From contig OY776562.1 in NCBI GenBank assembly GCA_963675785.1, positions 608,001-672,000 on the forward strand: a stretch of DNA of 64,000 nucleotides, read 5' to 3'. The number at the start of each line of letters is the position of its first letter. The first letter of the stretch is position 1. Positions 51,459-60,085 of the stretch are shown here, in pieces. The position numbers and the translations under genes were made by a program. The DNA comes from Anaerolineae bacterium (GTDB lineage: Bacteria; Chloroflexota; Anaerolineae; UBA1429). The notes below the pieces were generated by a model, which worked only from the letters and a program-made list of their open reading frames with translations, had not been told where the DNA came from and did no database searches.

Positions 51459-51469
51459 GTAGATTTGAC

Positions 51470-51901
51470 CTAGTCGAGAATTTCTAACAGTTCAATGTCA
51501 AAATTCAAACGCTTGCCTGCGAGATGATGGTTCGCATCAATATCGACATGTGTATCTGAGACACTGTGAACAGTAACGGGGATAGGTTGCCCCATGGCTG
51601 TTTGCATCATCAATTGTTGGCCAATTTCTGGTGAAAGGGTGGGGGGCAGCTGCTTGCGGTCGACCTTTACTATACGGTTTTCGTCCCACTCGCCATAGCC
51701 GTCGGCGGGTTCGATGATAACCGAACGTTCATCGCCAACATTCATGCCAGTTACGCCTATGTCAAAACCCTTGATTACTTGGCCGCTTCCGATTTGAAAC
51801 TCAAAGGGGCCTCGGTCTCGCGATGAGTCTATTTGGGTTCCATCATCTAGCGTCAGGGTGTAATGCACTCGAACGCGGTCGCCATCTTTCGCTGTCGTCA
51901 T
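51470..51901 (-). CDS. FKBP-type peptidyl-prolyl isomerase (SlyD/FkpB-like)
   Basis: VHYTL, DSS, GQVIKGF, DANHHLAGKRLNF. Confidence 0.93.
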   Translation of the reverse strand: MTTAKDGDRVRVHYTLTLDDGTQIDSSRDRGPFEFQIGSGQVIKGFDIGVTGMNVGDERSVIIEPADGYGEWDENRIVKVDRKQLPPTLSPEIGQQLMMQTAMGQPIPVTVHSVSDTHVDIDANHHLAGKRLNFDIELLEILD

Positions 51902-51987
51902 TTCTACTCCTGTTCCAAGTTGTCACAACAGGGCGCTGCAACGTTTCTTTATTATGTCTCAGGAAGGGTATCTCTGCAACCTTGCCC

Positions 51988-52050
51988 TTGACAGGCGGGC
52001 ATATATCTGCTACTATACGGGTGTAAGGTAGATTGTGCAATTCGGCACAA
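51988..52050 (+). promoter_or_regulatory. osmC-family promoter with a Rex-type operator
   Basis: TTGACA-N17-TACTAT; TTGTGCAATTCGGCACAA at 52033-52050. Confidence 0.65.
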
Positions 52051-52075
52051 TATAGAGAACGTGGAGTGTGCTGAG

Positions 52076-52519
52076 ATGCCTTTGATGACGTTTAAAGCAA
52101 ATTCAGAATGGTCTGGTGAGGGTGTCTATTCGGACGTAACTTCGAGACACTTTAAGATCGCTGCGGATGAGCCGCCTGCGCTGGGCGGATCTGACAAGGC
52201 AATGAACCCCGTCGAGCTGTTGTTGGGTGCTCTGGCAAGCTGCCTGACGATTGTGACCGTATTCTATGCCGGTAAGCTGGGCTACAACGTTGAGGATGTG
52301 ACTGTGGATACCGAGGGTGATTTGGATCCCGCGGGATTCACAGGTCAGGATGAAAGCGTTCGTCCGGGCTTTCAGCAGATAAGGGCCCGTTTGAACATTG
52401 TTTCGAGTGAGCCGCGCGAGCACCTTGAGGAACTGGCCAAGATCGCCTTTGGCCATTGCCCCGTGTCTGACACTCTTTCGGGTGTCAAGGTAAAAGAAGA
52501 GCTCGTCATTACGAACTGA
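52076..52519 (+). CDS. OsmC family protein
   Basis: DEPPALGG, NPVELLLGALASC, HCPVSD. Confidence 0.92.
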   Translation: MPLMTFKANSEWSGEGVYSDVTSRHFKIAADEPPALGGSDKAMNPVELLLGALASCLTIVTVFYAGKLGYNVEDVTVDTEGDLDPAGFTGQDESVRPGFQQIRARLNIVSSEPREHLEELAKIAFGHCPVSDTLSGVKVKEELVITN

Positions 52520-52527
52520 CGTTAAAG

Positions 52528-52566
52528 AAAACAGGGGCCGCGCACATCGTGCGCGGCCCCTGTTTT
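52528..52566. terminator. Bidirectional terminator
   Basis: AAAACAGGGGCCGCGCAC-ATC-GTGCGCGGCCCCTGTTTT. Confidence 0.8.
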
Positions 52567-55500
52567 AATTGTAGATGAGGGGAAAGCGCATTCTGGGGGG
52601 TAACGCGCTGCTAGTGAGTGTGACGCTCCGTTCTTGAGTTGGAGCGAGTGATGACTGAATCGTAAGTGTGCATGTATCAGTATCGCGCCAGTCTGCTGTT
52701 GCAGGTACGCTCACACTTACACGAATGATCGTCGATTCACCGGGGGATAGAGGCCCCACCAATGAAGGTGCTGTTACCGACCAGGTGTTTCCGGCAATTG
52801 AGATGACATAATAATCGCTCGATTGCCCTGTATTCGTTAATAAAATACTATGAACGGCTGTCTCGCGGACATAGCCTTCTGCGCTATTGGTGCTAGCGCT
52901 ATTAAAGCTGATACTGCCAGTTGTAGAGGCTACCGTCATGGTGATAGGAACCCACACCTGCGGCTGTAAAGGATCGTTGGTATTGATCGCAATAGCTGCA
53001 TGATAGGTACCGATTCCCTCTGTCGCAGTGGCATCGAGGGTGAGCGTGACAGTAGCTTCTTCGCCGGGGGCAACCACGCCCGATGTCGGGCTAGCACTGA
53101 GCCAATCGCTGTTACTGTCGAAGGCCCCCACATAACAGCGCTCCACCGTACTATAGATAGTTTGTCCATCGGCGCTTTGCCCACCGATGGCATAGAAATA
53201 ACCGTCGCCAGCGATTGCCCCTTCGAGATACCCCCTGGCCTGGTTCAAAGTTGGTAACGTGGGAGACACCGTCCATGTATTGCTCTCCACAGAGTACAAG
53301 GCCATGTCGTCTGACTCTCCCAGACTGCTGCTTCTGGGGCCGCCGGCAAGCCACAGGCCATCTACACCGACCCCATCAGCCATATAGCTCCAACGGGTAA
53401 GGGTGCTGCTATCGCTGGGCACCGAGGCGCCATAGCTCCATGAGGAACCATTCCATAGTTCTGTAGTGAGCAGCGGTGCCAAGCTGGAGATGATTCCGGT
53501 GACGCCACCGGCTGCAACAAGTGTGTCATCCACCCAACCTGCTGCAAAACCCAAGCGAACGGCAGTCATACTGGAACTTTGAGCCCAGATTCCTGTTGTG
53601 GTGTCCAGTATCCATACTTCATTAGTCAGGCTAGAGCCATCCAAACCACCGAGCACATAGACGTTGCTTCCTTTTACGGCGGTGGCATACTCCCATCGCG
53701 CACTGTAACCATTGTTCGCCGTAACGATTGTCCAGACATTCTGAAACGTATCATACACACAGGTTGTACCCGAGTCGGCATCTCCGGGGATGTAGATATG
53801 CCCGGCAATAACGGCAGCATCTGCTCCGTCAAGGGTGATCGGTGCGGATCCCAACTCTGTCCACGCATTGCTGGCGATATCATAGCAATACGTGGTGTTG
53901 GTCTTTTCTCCTGCTGCATTGCTACCACCGATCACATAGACCTTTTGGCCCACGGCGGCGATGGCGGGGCGTGTTCGTCCCTCGGGCAGGGAGGCCACGA
54001 CTTGCCAGGAATCGCCAGTTTCGGCAATAGTGTTCCCTATTACTTGCGCCTCGGCTGAGGAGAGCGTTTCAATAGCCGCCAGAACATCTTCGGAGAGCGG
54101 CTCAGTCAATCGCTCCGTCCGTATGCCGGTACTGGCCAGGCCGTTGCTGCCCAGATCTTGCTCGACGATCTCGTATTCAAGGTTAGTGGTCCCCTCATTG
54201 GCGATGCGCAGGGGATAGGTGAGTTGCTGGGATGTTGCGACCACGGCAGTGTAGCTGGTGGCGGTAATGACTGCCCGCGGCGCGCCCAACACAAAGTTGA
54301 CCTCTTGCGTAGTACCAGTGCTCATGTAGATGGACGAACTAGCGGTGTCATAATAAGGTGACGTAGCCTGGATGGTGGCGCAGCCTGTAGGGGTGAACAA
54401 GGTGTAAAAGCCATCATCTATATTCACGTCTGCCGTAGCGGCGGTTACCGTCAGGTAACCGCTCAGGTTACTGACTTTGGCATCGGCTAGGGGGGCGTCG
54501 GTGTCGATCGCGTACACTTGGCCCACCACCAAACCACCGCTGGTGCGCTTACAGGCCGAATCTCCAGCAAAGACGTGCACATCGTCGATCTGCCAGTACC
54601 AGTCATCATTGGCCCCATAATAGTGAAAACGCACCATCACCTGCGGTTGACCTGCAGCGATGCTGGAAATGTCGATTTCCTGAGCGTTGGGGCCGAGCAC
54701 ATCCTGCCCTTGAAGGCGATAGACGTTGATCCATGTGTATCCATTGTTGATGCTTACATCTACGTCAGCAATTTCGGTTTGCAAGTGCCTGAAGGATTGT
54801 TTGAAGGAGAGTGTTACCTTGCTGGTGCTGCTCATGTCATAGACGGGGCTGCGCAAGATAGTGTTGATGGTCGTGGCACCAGCATAGTCACTGTCGATGA
54901 TGGCAAAGCCACCCGTACCACCCGTTTCGTTATCCCGCTCACCTGGATCATCAAAACGCCAGGTGGCGCCAGTACCGGTTGAGATCCAATTAGAGGGCAG
55001 CGTTGTGCTGTCAAAAGTCTCAACGGTATCTTTGAACGAGGTTCCGGGCGCAGTGCACTCAGCGCAGGGGTAAAGGCCATAGGTGACCATGGAATCGGCG
55101 CTGGGCGCAGTAAAGCTGGTCGAGTAGGTGCGGTATCCGTCTACATAGGCTTCTATCTGGAAATCACACTCGGCCTGCTCCGGAATGTCAACGGCAAAGG
55201 TTCCCTCTACGGGGTCAGTCCAAACGATGTCCGACTGTACAGTACCCTCTTGATCTGTGAACTGGTAGGTAACACGTGTATAAAGTGGCCAGCTTGTCTC
55301 TGCATCAATAATTTTTCCTGAAAGGGTATAGGTTTCCAGTGGATCAAGCAGGAAGTTGAGCGTTTCGCTGGCGCCAGCGCCAATGGTTAGCGGATAGGAG
55401 ATGCTTTCGTAGCCATAAGCAGAAAGCGAAAGGGTGTAGGTCCCCGGCCAAATGGCTAGCGTGTAATTACCGGATGAATTCGTGCGTGCGGAAATGTCAT

Positions 55501-57157
55501 AGTTATCGTTGGTGGCCTGTATTTTGGCCTGCGAGATGGGAGCCCCTGTGGTCTGGTCGGTGATCTGGCCCTGCAATGTGGAATCGCCGCAATAGTCCCG
55601 AGCGGCCTCTACGGCGGCGGCGGCATCGATCTCACCCCACCCTGTCGTGTTATTCGGGTATTGGCCGTCCGGGTAAGAAGAACAGGATGCGGGTAAGCCG
55701 TTGGTTACGGCGTTTGCCGTCTGCTCCAAGAGATTCTCAGTGGTGGCGTAATCCCCAATCAAACAAGGGGCTGCCTGCCACATCAACGCGATGAGTCCGG
55801 ACACGTGTGGTGCTGCCATGGAGGTGCCGGTCAAAGAACGTAGCGAGGTATCGTTTAGATAGCTGGCTGAAAGAATGCTCGTACCCGGCGCGACCACCTG
55901 TGGCTTGAGATATGGATACCCCGATGGATTGACCGTATCAGCTTGGTCGCTGGGGCCTCGCACAGAGTAGGTAGCATAGATGCTACCGGTCTTGCTGGTG
56001 GCCCCTACGGCGGTCACGTTGCCATAGCGCGCTGGGTTCCCCACCGTCTCGCAGGCCTGGGTTGTGGTCGAAGAGCCATTGCCAGCCGAAAACACAGGGT
56101 AGATGCCGGCAGCCTGCCAGCTATCTATAGCATTTTGGAACCAATCGTCATAACTGCGCACAGTACCATTGCCATCTCCCCAAGAGTTGTTGACGATGTT
56201 CGGTCTGAGGTCCGGGTCAGCATCGAGGCCATCGGTGGTAGTGGGCGCCAGGACGAATTCGGCACATTCCAGCAGATCGGCTTCTTCACAGGTGGTGCCA
56301 GTGCAGCCTTTGCAGCCAATCCATTCGGCACCAGTGGCCATACCAATGATGTCTGTATCGCTGCTGCCAACCATAATACCCATGGTGTGTGTACCGTGTC
56401 CCTGGGTATCGGTCGGTTCATCATAGCTGGTGGTGGTGGCGTCGTACCAGTCATAGTCATGATCAAAAACACCGTTGCCTTCGTTGCCGCGATAGTTATC
56501 GACGAGCGTTTGATGGGTATAGCGTACTCCCGTGTCAATATTGGCCACCACGATGCCGCTACCATCGATGCCTTGAGCCCATACTTCAGGAGCGTTTACC
56601 TCATCAAGGTTTGGCTGTACGGTGGCCGTGCTCGATGTACTGATGCTGTCTGCTTCTATTGCCTCTTCTTCTACCTCGGGGATGGTAGCGATGTGCTGCG
56701 GCTCGATGGATTCAATCTCGCCGTAACATAGCAGGCCGTCAAAGTTGGTCACACTCATCCCCTCGACATAAATCGAGTTATTGATCCAAAACGAAGTGTG
56801 CTCGGTTCCAGTTTGGATGAGGTATTTGATGAGGGTGCTTTGATCGGAAAGGGTTTGAGCGCAAAGTTGTTCATACACATACTCGCCCCTCTCGATCCAG
56901 TCCATTTCATAAGCGGCCGAGAGTTCGGCTGTATCACGCATATAAATCATAAAGGAGGGCGAATCGCCAGCGGATACCTCTGCATAGAGTTCAGCATCGA
57001 CGAGGATACCCGTATCGGTGAGGAGCATGGGTGTAGTGCCATCGTCCGCAAGCGTTTGCGCGACCACGGTGCCGTAGGTGTTGTTGCCAGAAATGACAAC
57101 ACACATGACGGCGATGATGACCAGGCCGATGATCAGACGTCGCAACGATGCCCGCAA
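52565..57157 (-). CDS. Large secreted S8 serine peptidase (bacillopeptidase F-like) with carboxypeptidase-regulatory, cleaved-adhesin-like and kelch domains
   Basis: IDTG, HGTHTMG and GTSMAAPHV triad motifs; GG-containing kelch repeats. Confidence 0.92.
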   Translation of the reverse strand: MRASLRRLIIGLVIIAVMCVVISGNNTYGTVVAQTLADDGTTPMLLTDTGILVDAELYAEVSAGDSPSFMIYMRDTAELSAAYEMDWIERGEYVYEQLCAQTLSDQSTLIKYLIQTGTEHTSFWINNSIYVEGMSVTNFDGLLCYGEIESIEPQHIATIPEVEEEAIEADSISTSSTATVQPNLDEVNAPEVWAQGIDGSGIVVANIDTGVRYTHQTLVDNYRGNEGNGVFDHDYDWYDATTTSYDEPTDTQGHGTHTMGIMVGSSDTDIIGMATGAEWIGCKGCTGTTCEEADLLECAEFVLAPTTTDGLDADPDLRPNIVNNSWGDGNGTVRSYDDWFQNAIDSWQAAGIYPVFSAGNGSSTTTQACETVGNPARYGNVTAVGATSKTGSIYATYSVRGPSDQADTVNPSGYPYLKPQVVAPGTSILSASYLNDTSLRSLTGTSMAAPHVSGLIALMWQAAPCLIGDYATTENLLEQTANAVTNGLPASCSSYPDGQYPNNTTGWGEIDAAAAVEAARDYCGDSTLQGQITDQTTGAPISQAKIQATNDNYDISARTNSSGNYTLAIWPGTYTLSLSAYGYESISYPLTIGAGASETLNFLLDPLETYTLSGKIIDAETSWPLYTRVTYQFTDQEGTVQSDIVWTDPVEGTFAVDIPEQAECDFQIEAYVDGYRTYSTSFTAPSADSMVTYGLYPCAECTAPGTSFKDTVETFDSTTLPSNWISTGTGATWRFDDPGERDNETGGTGGFAIIDSDYAGATTINTILRSPVYDMSSTSKVTLSFKQSFRHLQTEIADVDVSINNGYTWINVYRLQGQDVLGPNAQEIDISSIAAGQPQVMVRFHYYGANDDWYWQIDDVHVFAGDSACKRTSGGLVVGQVYAIDTDAPLADAKVSNLSGYLTVTAATADVNIDDGFYTLFTPTGCATIQATSPYYDTASSSIYMSTGTTQEVNFVLGAPRAVITATSYTAVVATSQQLTYPLRIANEGTTNLEYEIVEQDLGSNGLASTGIRTERLTEPLSEDVLAAIETLSSAEAQVIGNTIAETGDSWQVVASLPEGRTRPAIAAVGQKVYVIGGSNAAGEKTNTTYCYDIASNAWTELGSAPITLDGADAAVIAGHIYIPGDADSGTTCVYDTFQNVWTIVTANNGYSARWEYATAVKGSNVYVLGGLDGSSLTNEVWILDTTTGIWAQSSSMTAVRLGFAAGWVDDTLVAAGGVTGIISSLAPLLTTELWNGSSWSYGASVPSDSSTLTRWSYMADGVGVDGLWLAGGPRSSSLGESDDMALYSVESNTWTVSPTLPTLNQARGYLEGAIAGDGYFYAIGGQSADGQTIYSTVERCYVGAFDSNSDWLSASPTSGVVAPGEEATVTLTLDATATEGIGTYHAAIAINTNDPLQPQVWVPITMTVASTTGSISFNSASTNSAEGYVRETAVHSILLTNTGQSSDYYVISIAGNTWSVTAPSLVGPLSPGESTIIRVSVSVPATADWRDTDTCTLTIQSSLAPTQERSVTLTSSALPPRMRFPLIYN

Positions 57158-57187
57158 GATGAATGCCCTCCCAATTCGGATTTGTGG

Positions 57188-58084
57188 CTAGACGAGAACG
57201 GGCAGCCCCTCGTTCCAGATGACACGCTTTCTGGCAAGGTACCATGATTTGCCCATATCGTTGTTGCCCTGATAAAAGAGGTGGGTGGCATCGTCATCAT
57301 CGACAAAGACATAAGGGTGACCGGATTCCGAACTGTTCCAATCACTAGGGCCGCCATTTGGCAGGATGGGCTGGTCGGAAAGTCGCTCCCAGTGGACGGC
57401 ATCGTCGCTTACAGCACAACCGATTTGCTGGGGCATATTGTTATAGGCGCCAGCATAAAACATGTAGAAACGTCCATCGATGACGCAGACCGCTGGTGCT
57501 TCAATGCATTCTTGCTCCCAATCCAACTCTGGCTTGAGTATGGGGCCATCACAGAGCTGCGTCCAATTCTCTGCTCGCAGGTCGTCGACCGGAGCAGAAG
57601 AAACACCCAGCATCTGAATTTTAAAATCGGGGTCGCGCGTTGCCCAGAACAAATAGAGGATACCGTCACGCTCGGCCACATCGGCGTCGATCGCCCTGCC
57701 GCAATTCCAATCGCCTGTGGGCCGCACGATGGGGTTGGTGGGGTTTCGAGCAAAAGTCAGCCCGTCATTAGAGATGGCGTGGCAGATGGCATCTCGACGA
57801 CCATTGCCGTAGGTCTGGTAGAAAAGATGGAGTTGACCATTGTGCAGCCAGGCCGCGGGAGCACCAATACCTTTTTTCTCCAGATCGCCTTCTAGCTCTA
57901 GTTCGCCTACTTTGGTCCAGTTTTCCAGATCGTTGCTAGTAGCGATGCCAATTCCGAGTCCATCAGGTTCTCTACTATCGTTGTAGGGGGTTATGCTGTA
58001 ATACAACCAGTACTTGCCCAGAAAACGAACAACGGCCGGATCCTTGGCAAAAGGTCGACCGCGTGAGGTGTCTGCAAATAACAT
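57188..58084 (-). CDS. Five-bladed beta-propeller glycoside hydrolase (GH43/32/117/130 clan)
   Basis: KDPAV, IDAD, IEAP, repeated SxDxxxW. Confidence 0.82.
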   Translation of the reverse strand: MLFADTSRGRPFAKDPAVVRFLGKYWLYYSITPYNDSREPDGLGIGIATSNDLENWTKVGELELEGDLEKKGIGAPAAWLHNGQLHLFYQTYGNGRRDAICHAISNDGLTFARNPTNPIVRPTGDWNCGRAIDADVAERDGILYLFWATRDPDFKIQMLGVSSAPVDDLRAENWTQLCDGPILKPELDWEQECIEAPAVCVIDGRFYMFYAGAYNNMPQQIGCAVSDDAVHWERLSDQPILPNGGPSDWNSSESGHPYVFVDDDDATHLFYQGNNDMGKSWYLARKRVIWNEGLPVLV

Positions 58085-58097
58085 TTACTTATTCTCC

Positions 58098-59630
58098 TTA
58101 TGTTTTCTCATCTTTTTCCTGCGCTTTTGCACGTTGCATTTGTTCAAGTTCATCAATCTCTGCCATATATTTCGCCGCACAGTCGGGGCACAAGCCGTGT
58201 GTAAACTCGGCTTCCGAGTGCTCAGAGAAGTAAAGCTCGACTTCTTGCCAGTATCCGGCATCTGTGCGGATTTTCTTGCACGAGGCACAGATAGGCAAGA
58301 GACCACCTAGGGTTCGAACCTGAGTAAGCGCTCTTTGGAGCTCTTCAATAAGGTGACGACGTTCTTCTTCGGCTCGTTTACGGATAATAGCCTCAACAAA
58401 GGCTGTCGTCAAGGTTTCAGCATCGCTTTGATCTTGCTCACTATAGGGATCGGGCTTGTTAGCTAGCACCAGTCGCCCAAAGGTAAGCCCTTCATTGCGC
58501 AGTTCGAGAGACATGATACGAGCGATGGGCAGCGATTCCTTATTGGATAATTCAACCTGAAGAGTGGGAGATCCAGACACGATTTTCGAGAGTCTATCGC
58601 CTGAATCCAGGCCTATACCCTGATCTTGGAGTTGCTGGCAAAAGGCAGCATCGATATACATGCCAGGTTCTTCATCTGCAAAGGCAGTAAGTGCCACCTG
58701 ACTATCGAGTTGGATACAGGACACTTGGCTGCCAGTAATGCGCAATGCGAGCTGAACAAAGATCTCGGCAATGGCTTGCTCATTATTATCCATAATAGTG
58801 CCACGAAAGATCTGGTTGATGGCATCGAGCAGGGCTCGCTGTCGAGCGATTTTTTCGTCGGCGGCATGACGAGCTGTCACATCCTCTACACTGCCTTCGA
58901 TATGTACGCCCTTGTTACTTTCCGACACTACCGTTGCTGTTGCCCGTATCCAGGCCTGGCTTCCATCGCCGCGTACAAGGCAAAGCTCGCTTTCATCTAC
59001 GGGTTTTTCAGTCCTGAGAATATTCTGCCAGATTTGTGCCAAGTTACCGATGGCAAAGCGGTAAATCTCTGTGCCAATAAGGTCTTCTCGACTGACGCCG
59101 AGTATCTGAGCAAGCGCCTCATTAGCCGATAGAATGACGCCGTCCAGATTGAGGCTGTAAAGGCCGATGGGCATACTTTCGAACAGAGCGCGATACCGGG
59201 CTTCAGATACTTCAAGGGCGGCTTCGGCCAGTTGTTTCTCTTTGGCAACGCGCTCAGATTCGAGTACGTGGGCGAGTACTGTGGGGAGCAGATCCAGATA
59301 TCCACCGTCTACGTCTTTGATGAGATAATCACCGACGCCGAGCTTGAGTGCCTCAACCGCGAGGCTTTCATTGCCACTGCCTGTGATCATCACCATAGGC
59401 GGGGGAGCTGTTCCGGCCTTGAGGATTTGAACGACCTCCAGCCCATCTTTGCCGGGCATGTTATGATCAATAGCGACGAGGTCATAGTCACCTTCGCTGT
59501 ACATGCGGAGGCCTTCATCGCCATTCGACGCAATACTCACCTCATAGCCTGCACGTTTAAGACGCCGTTGCGCAAGTCGCGCAAGGCCGGCATCATCTTC
59601 CATGTACAGAACTCGGATGGGTTGTGTCAC
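58098..59630 (-). CDS. Response regulator REC-PAS-GAF with a C-terminal Cys-rich tail
   Basis: MEDD...DHNMPGKDG; PAS; GAF; LPICASCKKIR...HGLCPDC. Confidence 0.85.
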   Translation of the reverse strand: MTQPIRVLYMEDDAGLARLAQRRLKRAGYEVSIASNGDEGLRMYSEGDYDLVAIDHNMPGKDGLEVVQILKAGTAPPPMVMITGSGNESLAVEALKLGVGDYLIKDVDGGYLDLLPTVLAHVLESERVAKEKQLAEAALEVSEARYRALFESMPIGLYSLNLDGVILSANEALAQILGVSREDLIGTEIYRFAIGNLAQIWQNILRTEKPVDESELCLVRGDGSQAWIRATATVVSESNKGVHIEGSVEDVTARHAADEKIARQRALLDAINQIFRGTIMDNNEQAIAEIFVQLALRITGSQVSCIQLDSQVALTAFADEEPGMYIDAAFCQQLQDQGIGLDSGDRLSKIVSGSPTLQVELSNKESLPIARIMSLELRNEGLTFGRLVLANKPDPYSEQDQSDAETLTTAFVEAIIRKRAEEERRHLIEELQRALTQVRTLGGLLPICASCKKIRTDAGYWQEVELYFSEHSEAEFTHGLCPDCAAKYMAEIDELEQMQRAKAQEKDEKT

Positions 59631-60085
59631 GGATCTACACTTTCGGAGGGCACCTGAATCACACTGAGAAATAATCCCAGCTTGCGTATTGCCTCTGTAA
59701 AAGCAGTATACTCTACGGGCTTGGTAACGTAAACATTACATCCCATTTCGTAGCAGCGTTGAATCTCACGACGCTCATCGGTCGTGGTTAGAACGATGAT
59801 AGGGATATTATGGGTTAGTGGTTCGCTCTTGAGTTTCTCAATGACATGGTAACCGTCCATAACGGGCATGTTGAGATCCAGCAAGATGAGCAGCTGATTC
59901 GCTCGCTTGTGTCCCATAAAATCACCGCGCCCAAAGCAATAGTCCAGGGCCACTTGCCCGTCGGTCGCATGGATGATGTCATTGGCGATTCCCGCTCGGC
60001 GCAAGTTTTTCTCAATGAGTCTGGCGTGTCCAGGATCATCTTCGGCTAGCAAAATGGTCACTTGAGAACCTTCCATCACTATCAC
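59627..60085 (-). CDS. Single-domain response regulator (Rcp1-like)
   Basis: AEDDPGH, LLDLNMP, VLTTT, KPV. Confidence 0.92.
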   Translation of the reverse strand: MIVMEGSQVTILLAEDDPGHARLIEKNLRRAGIANDIIHATDGQVALDYCFGRGDFMGHKRANQLLILLDLNMPVMDGYHVIEKLKSEPLTHNIPIIVLTTTDERREIQRCYEMGCNVYVTKPVEYTAFTEAIRKLGLFLSVIQVPSESVDP

